Position numbers and translations under genes: made by a program. Shown here one piece after another: positions 1 through 11,100 of a stretch of DNA of 64,000 nucleotides. Position 1 is the stretch's first letter; every line of letters starts with the position of its first letter. Source of the DNA: Mantamonas sphyraenae STR306 (Eukaryota; Protista; CRuMs); NCBI GenBank assembly GCA_026936335.1, contig JAPMXV010000069.1, positions 256,213 through 320,212 of the forward strand, written 5' to 3'. Below the pieces are notes generated by a model, which saw only the letters and a program-made list of their open reading frames with translations, was not told where the DNA came from and made no database searches.

Positions 1-1346
1 GTGTGGCCATGGCCTTAACGTCCCCCTCCACCAGGATCAGTGCCTTGTGCAGTGCATCCGCTGGTGCATATTCGATCAGAGCATCCATGGGTAGCGTGGA
101 CAGCACACATGAAACCAGTGCGCGGTTGTCCAGCACCTTTGCCAAGTCCTGCACCAGAGTCAAGTTCTTCTCTGATTCACAGAGTGCTTGCAACGCCTTT
201 GGCCATTCGGGTTCTGGCAACATTTCTGCAATGCAGGCAAGCATGCCATCACACCCACTCAGACCCGCTGCCATTGCCTCCTTCAAACCAGCAAGGCCGT
301 GTCCCACAAACACCTGCGTCAAGGCGTTGTCTGTGCAAGGCACAGGATCTCTACAGCGCTCCACGAAAGCCGCTATGTTGGACAGTGGTACGTCTGCCAG
401 TGTTCGTCCTATCGAGTCTGGGTTACCCAGTCGTTCGTACAGCGAAAGCTCCTCTTTGTCTCCATCGTAGATTGCGTCGACGCTGGGAAACACCCAGGCG
501 GAGTTCAGGAGACTCTTTGGAGCACCTGCTGCCAATAACACGCCATACTGGGCCTCGCAGAAGGGCACACAGGCCAAGAGAGCCTCCTTCAGGGCAGTGT
601 GGGTGCAGCGGCTCAGTTTCGTGTGGCGCAGGACACAATGCAGCGCAGGCAGTGAGCGGCCACACAGAGATGGCAGGTACTCCACATGCATGCGTTCAGG
701 CACGCTGTTGGGCGCAAAGAGGGAGTACAGGGCCCGGTGGAAGTACAGGCGGTTCAGGCGCGGCACGCGGTAGCGGGTGTGGCCAAACTTGACGACGACG
801 CCGCCGACGTCGCCCAAGGTGGACGCAAGGGTGCTCCTCAGTGGCTGGCTGTCCACTTGGTACAGGTCGCCCATGTCCACCATGTGTGTGTTGATGGAAA
901 AGAGGGCGAGGGCCGCCCCGGCGTCCAGACGGGGTACGACGCGCTCCCACACCTCGACGGGGATCTGAGAGAGTAGGGTGTCCATACGCGAGGGCGGTGT
1001 TCTCTGGCGACGGGGGCGACGCGGGCGACGGGGGGCAGTGTTCTGTGCTGTGTCTCCCTGCTGCTGCTGCTGCTGATCAGTGGACTCCGACCTGCCAGAA
1101 ACACACACAGCCCACACGGATTCACCATGGCCATGTCAGCACAGGGAATGGGTGAGAGGGGGGGGGGGTGATGGGTGGTTGCAGTGCTTCCTACCTGCAA
1201 GTCTGTGTGTCGTGGCCGGTGAGCTCTGCCGCAGCTTGCATCTTGGCCACCCGCTGACGTTTGGGCGCAGGGGTGGCGTCCACAACTTGGGTAACGTCCT
1301 CCTCCTCCTCCTCCTCTCCATCCACCGTGGGACGCTTGCGGGACAT
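1..1346 (-). CDS. F-box-like protein, copy 1 (3' part runs off the window); exons 1346..1195 and 1091..<1
   Basis: Exon 1 MSRKRPTV...PAPKRQRVAK. The GTAGGA..CTGAC..CAG intron 1194-1092 joins in frame to MDTLLSQIPVEVWERVVPRLD (ATG 985), an F-box-like L..lP.Evw..I...L motif. The frame stays open to base 1. Paralogous to 1954..4731. Confidence 0.75.
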
Positions 1347-1953
1347 GAATGGGTGTGAATTTGCCTTGGCAAAGGCCGAGCATCCAGACACTCTCCCTGT
1401 CACCTACGATACCCTCCCTTTGTCGCAAGGGTGCCCCTCGTACACTGTTCTGCCCATCTATCTGTGCAGGTCGGGAAGGGATCACAGCGCATCATTTTCC
1501 ATTGCCTTCAAACGCAGTGTTCACGTTTTGCCCCACGTTTGCACTGCTTCCTGCTTTCCACTGGGTCACTGGCACCGCTGACGCGCTTGCAACCCAGCTA
1601 CAGGTCTACCATTCGTCATTCTCACCACGTGTTCACCTCGGCCTCGTCGTTCTTTGAGTCCATCATGACCGCCGACTGAGAAAAAAAGATTCAGCGCGAA
1701 CGAAAAGCGCAACTTCTGAGTCACGCTCTCTTTCAATCCCACAAGACAGACCTGCAACCTACGTCCACAAGTCCACATCCCACAGCAACTGAGAACAACG
1801 AAAGTTGTGTTTTTCTCTTGCATTCTCGTTTTGTTTTTTCTTCTCCCCTCCTAGACACCTGGCATGCGTGCATTTGTTTGTACATTGGCGCTTGTCGGAG
1901 AGACCATTGTTGCGAGGTCTGCTTCGGCGTGGGGATTGCACTGCCACGGTGCC

Positions 1954-4731
1954 TCACCCACGCTCCAGAGCCTCCCCCCTCTGCACAACCTCTCTCACGT
2001 CGGCCACATCCGCCTCATCCAGCGCCTCCATGGCCACCAACAGCACCTCTGCGTCGGTGCAGCGCTTCTCCGTCACGGCCCTGCCCATCCATTGGCGCAC
2101 GTGGCTCACAAACGCCTCGGCGCCGTGGTCGCGGCACACAGCCGCACAGCGCTCCACCTGCTTCTCCCAGCGCCGTTGCACACTCTTGCGCGCAAAGCCG
2201 CTTTGCACCGTCGCCGTTAGCTCGTGCGGCACCCACAACACCTTGTCCTCGTCGGCAAACTTGTCCCGGTGCAACAGACTCGGCAGGAACCTCTCGTCAT
2301 GGCCGTCTCGGTAGCACTCGAGCACCGTATCGACGTCCAGCTGTGCCTTGTGGTGCCTCACCAGCCACAACACAGTGTCGTCGTAGCGCGCACGCTGTCG
2401 GGCCCACGCGAGAAAGTCGCTCACATACTCCGTCGGCAGCTTCATGTGCGCCCGCGCAAGGCTCGTGGTCACATCGTCCGGGCTCGCAATGGCAAACACC
2501 GTCTCCCACGCCCTGCGCTTCACCAACACCTGCACGGCCTCTTGCAGGCGAAACTTGGCGTGGAGCGCCACCACCACGTCGTCGGCCAGTCGCTCCGCGT
2601 GGTGCTGCAGCAACCACCGCACCGCATTCGAATTCTTCCACCCCGTCTCGCCACTCGCGCGCAGGCGCTCCAGAAAAGGGAGCACGTGCTCGCGTGGCAG
2701 TACCATGTCCATCGCGCCGAGCTGCTCCGTCAGTTGCCACGGGTGCGCAAGGCCGACGACCGTCTCCCACGCCTTGCGCCTCACCAGCACACCAATGGCC
2801 TCGCCGTGCTCATGCGTCTGGTACAGGTCCACCAGCGTGTCGTGGTCCAGCAAGTGCGCGTGGCGCACCAGCGCCCACTTGAGGGCACGCCGCTGCGACA
2901 GGTGTCCGGCACGCGCGATAAACGACAGCACATGCTCCTGCGGAAGCACCATGCCCATCGTGTCCAGGTGCGCCGCAAGCTCGGTCGGGTCGGTCTTGTC
3001 CACCAGCAGTTGCCACGCCTCACGCTCCACCAGCAGCCGAATGGCGCCCTTGAGCCGGTGCCGCGTGTACAGGTCGACCAGCGCATCGTCGTCCAGTCTC
3101 GACACGACCCGCGGCGTGTCAAACATCCACGTCGCCGTGGCCTCGGACCGGCATGCCGCCCGGTAAAAGTCGTCGGCGTGTTGGGCCAGCACACACAGGG
3201 CTTGCTCCTCGCCGTGCACGACCGCAAGCGCCCCGTGCAGCTCGCTCGGTTGCGTGCTCTCGACAAGAACAGCCATGGGCAGCGTGGACAGCACACACGC
3301 AACGAGCGCAGGCTGGTCCAGGACACTGCCAAGGTCCTTCAGACACGTCAAATCGTGCGCCGCGTGACAGACTCGCAACAAGGCCGGCCACTCGGCCTCC
3401 GGCAGGACCTCGGGAATGAGAGCAAGCATGTCATCCCAGCCGCTCAGTCCCATGGCCATCGCTTGGCCCACACCGGCCACGCCGTGCCCCACCAGCACCT
3501 GCGTCACCGCGTTGTCCGTGCACCGCACACGTTCGCCACTGTACTCCACGTACGCGGCCACGTTGGACAGCGGCACGTCCGCCAGTGTCCGGCCCATAGA
3601 GTCCGGGTCACCCAGTCGCGCGTACGACCTGCGAAAGTTGGCGTGGTCGCCGTCGTAGATGTCGTGGCGCAGACTCATGAACCATCGCCTGTCTTGCACA
3701 AGCCTCCTCGGCGCACCCGCTGCCAAGAGCACACCCGCCTGCGCCTCGCGGAAGGGCACACAGGCTTCCACGACCCGCACGAGGGTCCTGTTGGTGCAGC
3801 GGCTCAGTTTCGTGTGGCGCAGGACACAATGCAGCGCAGGCAGCGAGCGGCCACACACAGACGGCAGGTCGTGCACGTTTAGGCGCTTGGGCACGCTGGT
3901 GGGCGCAAAGAGGGAGTAGAGGGCCCCGTGGAAGAACAGGCGGTTCAGGCGAGGTACCCGGTGGCGTGCGTGGCCAAACTTGACGACGACGCCGCCGACG
4001 TCGCCCAAGGTGGACGCAAGGGTGCTCCTCAGTGGCTGGCTGTCCACTTGGTACAGGTCGCCCATGTCGACCATGTGTGTGTTGATGGAAAAGAGGGCGA
4101 GGGCCGCCCCGGCGTCCAGGCGGGGTACGATGCGCTCCCACACCTCGACGGGGATCTGAGAGAGTAGGGTGTCCATGCGTGCGGGGGACGTGGCGTGGCG
4201 ACGCCGGGCGGTGGGGTGTGGCGGCGTGTAGAGCTGGGCGTCGGGGGATTCCGGCCTGTCAAGGGGAGCGGGGGTCGGGGGGGTGTTAGGGGGGGAAAAG
4301 GGGGGAAAGGGGGAGGGGGAGGAAGGGGGAGGGGGGGAGGAAGGGGGATACCTGCGGGTCGGTGTGGTGTGGTACGTCGCGTCGTCGGGCAGCGCGGAAA
4401 TGTTTGCGAGGGCGATATGCTTGGCCACACGCTGGCGTTTGGGGGCAGGGGTGGACGGGGGGAGGAGGGGGGGAGCGGGGGGAGGGTAGGGAGAGGGACA
4501 TGAGGGTGGGTGCGGTGATGGGTTGGGTTGGGTGGGGGGCGGGGAGGGGGCGGGGAGGGGTGTCGGGGGGTGGGGAGGGAGGGGTGTCGGGGGGGGGGTG
4601 GGGAGGGGAGAGGCGTCGCAGGGCAGGGGTGCATGGGCGACGGGGTCGGCAGGGTCGTTGTCGGGCTGGGACGGGAGGTGGGCGCTGTGGGAAGGACGGG
4701 CCCCAGGGGCGCAACCAACATTTTCCAACAT
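1954..4731 (-). CDS. F-box-like protein with C-terminal ~80-86 aa helical repeats, copy 2 (start uncertain; probable in-frame intron 4351-4256)
   Basis: 925-aa ORF. F-box-like MDTLLSQIPVEVWERIVPRLD at 4176. Three repeats of type LD.D.LVDLY..H....AI..LV.R.AW...........L..M.MVLP.EHVL.F at ~2300-3100. PAPKRQRVAK is shared with copy 1. Confidence 0.75.
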   Translation of the reverse strand: MLENVGCAPGARPSHSAHLPSQPDNDPADPVAHAPLPCDASPLPTPPPTPLPPHPPTPLPAPSPPPTQPNPSPHPPSCPSPYPPPAPPLLPPSTPAPKRQRVAKHIALANISALPDDATYHTTPTRRYPPSSPPPPSSPSPFPPFSPPNTPPTPAPLDRPESPDAQLYTPPHPTARRRHATSPARMDTLLSQIPVEVWERIVPRLDAGAALALFSINTHMVDMGDLYQVDSQPLRSTLASTLGDVGGVVVKFGHARHRVPRLNRLFFHGALYSLFAPTSVPKRLNVHDLPSVCGRSLPALHCVLRHTKLSRCTNRTLVRVVEACVPFREAQAGVLLAAGAPRRLVQDRRWFMSLRHDIYDGDHANFRRSYARLGDPDSMGRTLADVPLSNVAAYVEYSGERVRCTDNAVTQVLVGHGVAGVGQAMAMGLSGWDDMLALIPEVLPEAEWPALLRVCHAAHDLTCLKDLGSVLDQPALVACVLSTLPMAVLVESTQPSELHGALAVVHGEEQALCVLAQHADDFYRAACRSEATATWMFDTPRVVSRLDDDALVDLYTRHRLKGAIRLLVEREAWQLLVDKTDPTELAAHLDTMGMVLPQEHVLSFIARAGHLSQRRALKWALVRHAHLLDHDTLVDLYQTHEHGEAIGVLVRRKAWETVVGLAHPWQLTEQLGAMDMVLPREHVLPFLERLRASGETGWKNSNAVRWLLQHHAERLADDVVVALHAKFRLQEAVQVLVKRRAWETVFAIASPDDVTTSLARAHMKLPTEYVSDFLAWARQRARYDDTVLWLVRHHKAQLDVDTVLECYRDGHDERFLPSLLHRDKFADEDKVLWVPHELTATVQSGFARKSVQRRWEKQVERCAAVCRDHGAEAFVSHVRQWMGRAVTEKRCTDAEVLLVAMEALDEADVADVREVVQRGEALERG

Positions 4732-4740
4732 TTTTCAAGC

Positions 4741-6131
4741 ATGGACACGGCACTGGGCAGCCAGCGGTCGCAGAGCCCTGTGCTGTACAAGGGCCAAGAG
4801 CCGATGATGGGCGCGGTGCAGAGGGAGAAAACGTCGCAGGTGCAGCGGTGCATGAGGGTGAACAAGGCGGCGATTTTGGTCGTGTCGCTCGCGGTGTTTG
4901 TGTATGCAAACCTGTTCAACGGGACTTTGATTGTCGAAACGTCGCAGGCATTCGCCAGGCAAGAGGTGCAGCTTGGGCGGCAGGTGCTGATGGGGGTGCT
5001 GGGCAAGCACCAAACGATCGCACAAAAAACAATTGCCATTGCAAACTTAAAGGACTTTCGGACGGACATGGACAACGGCACGTTTCTCACGTCGCTGATG
5101 CCGCTGTACGGAGGGGACCCACACTTTCTGGCACTGTACTGCGCCAATGAGCAGGGGGAGGTTATCAAGTTGCACTTTGAGAACAAGCCGTACGTGACGG
5201 TGGAACGGCGCTATCCATGGGGCCGCAAGATGAACTACTACGACTCGACGACGCTGCAGCTGGTGAGCACAGCACAAAACGTAAGGAGTGGGTGGGGCGG
5301 GCGGGCGGGGGCGGCACTGACACCGCGCAGACGAAAGGGTACGACGCGCGCGAAAAAGGGTGGTACAAGACGGCGTCGTCGCTGCTGAGCAAACAGACAT
5401 TCACGTCGGGCCCGTTGCTGTCGCCGACAGACGCAAGCGCGTCGGTGCTGGTCGAGGTAGGGGCGGGAAAATCGCGGGTTTGTGCAGGAGGGCGCGGCGT
5501 GGACTGACACGGGGGCGCGGGGCAGATTGTGTTCAACATGCTCACGTCGTCGACAAGCAACCTGTTCTTCAAGATGAAGCTGGACGGGACTCTGCTGCTG
5601 GACGCGATGAAGGAACTGAACGATTCGACCAACGCGATTCTGCTGTCGTCGGACGGGGGCTCGCCGCAGGTGCGCGTGAAAGCAAACTCGTTTGTTCGGA
5701 AGGACGGGGAGGCGCGGTTCGACGAGGGAAACTCGGGCGGGTTTGTGGTGGCAAACGCAACGGTGCCAGACTCGACGATGACGGTGCAGCTGAGGCGGGT
5801 GATCACAGACGTGTCGACAGAGGCAACGGTGAACCGGGTGGTGATCCTGCTGGCGTCGATGCTGGGGGGGCTGCTGTACGTGGTGCTGCTGGTGGTCAAG
5901 GTGCTGACGGCGCGGCATGAGAAGGAGATGACGATGGTGCTGCAGCAGTACGGGGTGGAGGGGAGTCTGAGGCAGGAGTCGCTGGAGTCGGGGGGAGGGA
6001 GTGTGGGGGGGGGGCCAAAGTTGGCGCAGCAGGGCGGGTGGGCGGTGGGGAGGGTGAGGTGGGGAGGGGTGAGGTGGGAGGCTGCCGCAGGGGGGGTGAG
6101 GAGGAGGGGAGGAGGAGGGGAGGAGGAATGA
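4741..6131 (+). CDS. Two-TM membrane protein with extracellular Cache-like domain; join(4741..5280,5331..5456,5526..~6131)
   Basis: Two phase-0 introns (GTAAGG..CTGAC..CAG and GTAGGG..CTGAC..CAG) join three ORFs. TM1 AAILVVSLAVFVYANL, motif GYDAREKGWYKTA (cf. Cache YDPRxRPWY), TM2 VVILLASMLGGLLYVVLLVV. 3' end uncertain. Confidence 0.7.
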
Positions 6132-6221
6132 AGGGTTTGTTGTGGGGGGTTTGGGAATGGGGGGGCGATGGGGAAGGGGGAAAACGGGGGGGGGGGAGGG
6201 GGTGTTGGGTTGGTGGGGGAA

Positions 6222-6950
6222 GTGCCATTGCAGTTGTTTCTTGGTGCTGGGGAGGGTGTGCTGGGAGTGTGGGGCGACGGGGTGATCGGCCGGTTGGAGA
6301 TCGGCAGGCGGATGAGTCGGGCGCCGGGCGAGGTCGCCATTGCAATTGTTTCGTGGTGGGTGGTGGGGTCGATGTGGGGTGTGGGTTGCTGGGGAGGGTG
6401 TGCTGGGAGTGTGGGGCGACGGGGTGGTCGGCCGGTTGGAGATCGGCGGGCGGATGAGTCGGGCGCCGGGCGAGGTTGCCATTGCAGTTGTTTCGTGGTG
6501 GGTGGTGGGGTCGATGTGGGTTGTGGGTTGGTACAGAGGGTGTGCTGGGAGTGTGGGGCGACGAGGTGGTCGGCCGGTTGGAGATCGGCGGGCGGATGAG
6601 TCGGGCGCCAGGCGAGGTCGCCATTGCAGTTGTTTCGTGGTGGGTGGTGGGGTCGATGTGGGGTGTGGGTTGGTACAGAGGGTGTGCGGGGGGTGTGGGG
6701 CGACGGGGTGGTCGGCCGGTTGGAGATCGGCGGGCGGATGAGTCGGGCGCCGGGCAAGGTCGCCATTGCAGTTGTTTCGTGGTGGGTGGTGGGGTCGATG
6801 TGGGGTGTGGGTTGGTACAGAGGGTGTGCTGGGAGTGTGGGGCGACGAGGTGGTCGGCCGGTTGGAGATCGGCGGGCGGATGAGTCGGGCGCCGGGCAAG
6901 GTCACCACTGCGGTTGTTTCGTGGTGGGTGGTGGGGTCGATGTCGGTTGT
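6222..6950. repeat. 142-bp tandem satellite, array A (~5 units)
   Basis: Unit ...CATTGCAGTTGTTTCGTGGTGGGTGGTGGGGTCGATGTGGGGTGTGGGTTGGTACAGAGGGTGTG...GGTTGGAGATCGGCGGGCGGATGAGTCGGGCGCC recurs every 142 bp. Confidence 0.95.
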
Positions 6951-7070
6951 GGTGCAATGAGGATGGAGTCATTCCACCACCTCCCCCCCCCCCAACTTCC
7001 CGGGTCCACCTTCCGCATTCCGCACCCCCGCCCCCTCACACCCCATGACCCCTTACGCACCCCATATACA

Positions 7071-7311
7071 AAAAAAAAAAGGTTTGTGCTACTCATGGTT
7101 ATGATGTGTCATCCTTGTGCAGGGACCATGCTGTGGGTTCAGTGCGTTTTGCGTTCCCGTGTGAGTTTCAGCGGCGAACACACTTCACAGCACATCCTAT
7201 CATCACATTCACATCCTATCCATCACATTCACATCCTATCTACGAACCTAATCTTCTCTGTTTTTAGATATAAGTTTCGATGTGATCTAATGACCCGAAG
7301 GACATTAGATC
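7071..7311 (-). ncRNA. U6: U6 spliceosomal snRNA gene, copy 1, with a 117-nt spliceosomal intron (exons 7311..7248 and 7130..~7071)
   Basis: Minus strand: 5' stem-loop GATCTAATGTCC-TTCG-GGTCATTAGATC, then ACAGAGAAGATTAG | GTTCGT...CACTGAACCCACAG | CATGGTCCCTGCACAAGGATGACAC, then a poly-T Pol III terminator. Removing 7131-7247 restores the canonical U6 core. Confidence 0.93.
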
Positions 7312-8060
7312 GCTGCTTGTGTGTGTGAGTTCGAGCCAAACCCCGTCGCAAATGAACGCATCTTGACAACTTGCGACCGGCCCCGCCTCCGCGCCCCTGC
7401 CCTTCTCCTGTGCTCTCCACCACCCCCCACTCCCACTCCACACGCATGCAGTCTACCTGCCTCACGCCTCCCATTTCCCTCTCACCACACACACACACAC
7501 ACTCTCTCTCTCTGACACGCCCTTTCCTCCCTTTCTCCCCGGGCCTAGCCCGCCCACACACCCGTCCTTTCACTCTCCCGCTTTCACCAACAACATCCCT
7601 CACCCCGCACAACACTCCACCACTCCCACCCACTCCCCTCCCTCTCTCCTTCCCCCCCACCCCCCCCCCCCCCCCCACTTCACCTCCCCGCCAACCTTCC
7701 GTCTCCTCCCGGCCTTCTCCGCCCCCTTCTCACCCTCACCCACCACACACAACGCACCTCCCTTCCACACGTTTTCCTCACCCAGTACCTACATTGTCTC
7801 TGTTTCCTCTCTTGCCACCGCCATCAGTTGTCTTGGCTCCTGGATCGCCGCAATCCGCCCCTTCGCCACTGCATGCACCCGCCGTCCACCACTGCATCCA
7901 CAACAGGTTCTCAGGCTCATTCTGCAGGTGATCTTTCATTTCCGGTCGCGCTTCTGCAATCACTCCTCCACACGCTGCCGCTTCTCCACCCCACCCACCT
8001 CTCTCTCTCCTTCCTCCTCCTCCTCCACACGCTGCCGCTTCTCCACCCCACCCACCTCTC
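7075..8060. repeat. Segmental duplication, copy A (partner 18275..~19238, offset ~11.2 kb)
   Basis: Near-identical U6 gene, CT/C-rich spacer and 3' end of the large gene; both copies are preceded by the 142-bp satellite. Confidence 0.92.
7326..7337 (+). promoter_or_regulatory. Possible Pol III B-box-like element just upstream of U6 copy 1
   Basis: GAGTTCGAGCC fits RGTTCRANNC; copy 2 has GAGTTCGGGCC. Confidence 0.3.
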
Positions 8061-8170
8061 TCTCTCCTTCCTCCTCCTCCTCCACACGCTGCCGCTTCTC
8101 CACCCCACCCACCTCTCTCTCTCCTTCCTCCTCCTCCTCCTCTCGCTCGCGCTTTTCCACCCCATCCATC
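7960..8170. repeat. 57-bp coding minisatellite (~3 copies) at the C-terminus of the large gene
   Basis: CTCCTCCACACGCTGCCGCTTCTCCACCCCACCCACCTCTCTCTCTCCTTCCTC... recurs with period 57. Confidence 0.85.
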
Positions 8171-11100
8171 TCTCCTTCCTCCTCGTTCATCTGCTCCAAC
8201 ACGTGGTTGATCAAAAAGAACGGATGGACCAGCTCAAGCCTCCCGTAGATTCCGTCCGTGTATGCCTGGTTGCATTTGGTAGTCGCCGCATTGGCTACCG
8301 AGGTAGCCATGCGCATGCCCAAACTCTCCATGACCGCAGCGACTGCGAGCAGCAATGTGACTCCGTCGAGTTCCGCCGGCACCCTGCCATAGTCGGAACT
8401 GAAACATAAACCCTCGCGCACGAGGTGTTCGCGAAGGTGCACAAGCCGCACCTGGGAGTCGCACTCGTACTGTTCAAGGGTGAACACCACAGCCGCTTTC
8501 CTCACCTCCATGCTGGCCCCATTGAACGCAGCCACCGTCTCCTTCACCGCCTCGACCTCTCTGTTCACATACTCATCAGTCACAACGTCAAGGACATCTC
8601 GTGTCCCAGTGTATCCGTCGCAGTGCCGATTACGTTTGTTCTCGTTGACATAGTCCGTGTCCGGCGGTGAATCGATCTGCAGCGTCTCCCATCTCGCGCT
8701 CTCACGCACTCTTCCTTCCTCCTCATCCCTGCACGGTCGTGGTACATCTGTGTAGCCACACAAGGAGTAGTCAAGAAGCCACTTCTGCTGATCTGAGGTA
8801 AGCACGACCTCTTCGTCGCGTAAAACGCTTCTGAAAAGCAGACAGAGCTCCATGCCTGCTGCTGCAGCAGCCGTGAGAGCATCCGAGTCTTGGGCGACTA
8901 TCCCCAGCTCTGTGGTGCCGCGGAGCGTTGCGATAAAGTCCACAATCTGCGTGTCTGCTTCGCTCGCGCGCTCACTTCCGATCGGGAACAACACTGTTTT
9001 GCCAATGCGGTGAAGTGCAGCAACACACAGCCTGTACCGCACGCTTCTGTCGAGCCGCAGCAGGTCAACACAGCCAGTAGAAGTCTTCTGCATGATGTCC
9101 ACAAAGCACGACCTGATCTTGTACCCGCCGCCACCGCACGCAGTCAGGACGCAGTCGGCGTTTGGGTACTTTTCAGTGAAGTGATAGACGGTTCCGACCT
9201 GCGGGAACGCCAGCCGCCGCGCCAGCTTGACTTGCAATGTGTGCACGATGTCTTCCACGCTTCTTTGCCCGTTCACATGCGCCAGTGACAGGAATGTCGC
9301 ACAACCACAGTCAACAAGCCACATTGTCGGACGTACCTCCTGTGCCTTCGACTTGCTACTCATCTGGCGTGCAATATTCAGAAGCTTGGCCTTGTGATTG
9401 TGTCGCAGTTTTACCACTGCTTCGACCGTAGGCTGTTCGATCGCCGCCAACTGCAACTCGTCCACCTCGGCGTACGTCGTCGGCCGGTCGCCCAGGTTGT
9501 TCAGACGCTCCAGCAGGACAAATAGCAGATCGCTATGGCCCTGTGCGTCCTCTGTCAAGAACGCGACCTTCAGTCCAAGCTCAGTGACACCACAACGGAG
9601 TGTCCGTGAAATTGCGGCCCGGATCTGCGGAGTGAACGAGCTTGGCCTCAACAGCCGAACAAACAGGGCCAACTCGACGCCCGGCACGCCCACCTTTCCC
9701 AGGGCGCCCATGAGGCTGTACAGAAGCAATCGCAGCCCCCCGCTGTGCAGCACTTGCCTCAGTGCATTCTCTGCACTTGATGTCATTCCGCGCTCACGCT
9801 CTCCACACCTGTGGCGGATGTGATCCACCAGGGCCTCAAACTCCAGCGCCGTGCAGCAGTTGCGCTTGACGTTCGCACTCGAACCCCCTTCTCTGACCTT
9901 AGCCCATGCGCTCTTCCCAACATCGCAGTCGTACTCGACATCCTTCCACTCTCGCGTGTCCAACGCCAGGTGAACCAGAGCATAGTCTGCTTTTCTTTCC
10001 ACGGCTGCACTCCACCAGCACACCTTCGTGTCCATTTTGACGCCGTACCGAAGCGCGGGGTGATGTGTGATGGTCTGGCTGACCTCGCTCTGCTCGCAGA
10101 CACGCCCCAGTTGCGTGCACACCATCCAGACATCGTGCTGGCACATCAACCCGTTCCGGCTGAAAGCCAACACGATCTCGCCGACGAGTGTATGCAGGGA
10201 GCCGTGACACACCACCAGCATGGCTTTCAGTTTCAGCTCATTGTCCTTCAGCGACGAGTGTTCCTGTGCCAGTTCCTCCAGGTAACCCTGTGTGCACCCT
10301 TGGTCGTCGACATCATCTTCACCCCAGGCCCCTGCAGTCAGCCCTTGACTCCACCCGAACTCGATACCGTCTGGAGGGGTCTCGTTGGGGAACAATGGCT
10401 TGCGCACACGCCCTTTCGTCGTCTCCTTCGGATCCTGAAAGTCAACTGCGATGTCAAACTCACTCACGTCCTTGATGCTCCTGGGTCGTTCCCCGTACTT
10501 GTTCAGCTGATCAAGCAAGGTGTGTCGCAACATCGATAGCAAGTCCGTGTCCAGCTTAGTGATCTGCTTGAGTCTTGCCATCTTCAGCGAGAACAATGTC
10601 ACTACCCCCGCAAAGACGTTATGGGCATTCAGGTTGTTTCGAACACTATCGGCTGTCACGCTTGGCATGAACAAGCGGACGAAGAAGGCCAAGTCAGTGG
10701 GTGGGACGCCCACATTGTCAAGCGCCGACAGGATATGCCGCATCAGGTCCACAAGCTTTCCGTTAGCCAGAACACACAGCTTGTGATGTGCGTTAGCAAG
10801 CTCTCCGTGGTCAGACGGCAGCGGGGATTCCTCCGTCAAAGCCCTGAGATATGCCAGCAGCATCTGGAACTCCCGCGCCGTGCAGCTGTCACGTTCGTCG
10901 CTGATGCCTTTGCTCCAGGTCCAGCTCTCGGCCCTGGGATCCCATGTCTCCATCTCGTTGATGGCGAGATGCCGGTCGTAGTCGCATTGTGTCCAGTGTG
11001 GGTCGCTGTCGTTGTCAGCAGGGCGTCGTGCTTCCTGCAGCCACAGCTGGGTCTGCTTGTGCTCCTCCCAGGTAGTGGGATGGCGTCTGTCGCCAAGAGT

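Noticed and set aside
1818-3882. Plus-strand ORFs of 354 and 552 aa, also 45297..46838 and 60183..61640
   Set aside because: Antisense to better-supported genes in GC-rich sequence.
7312-7400. tRNA upstream of U6, as in trypanosomatids
   Set aside because: Only a GTTCGA motif is present; no cloverleaf could be folded by eye.
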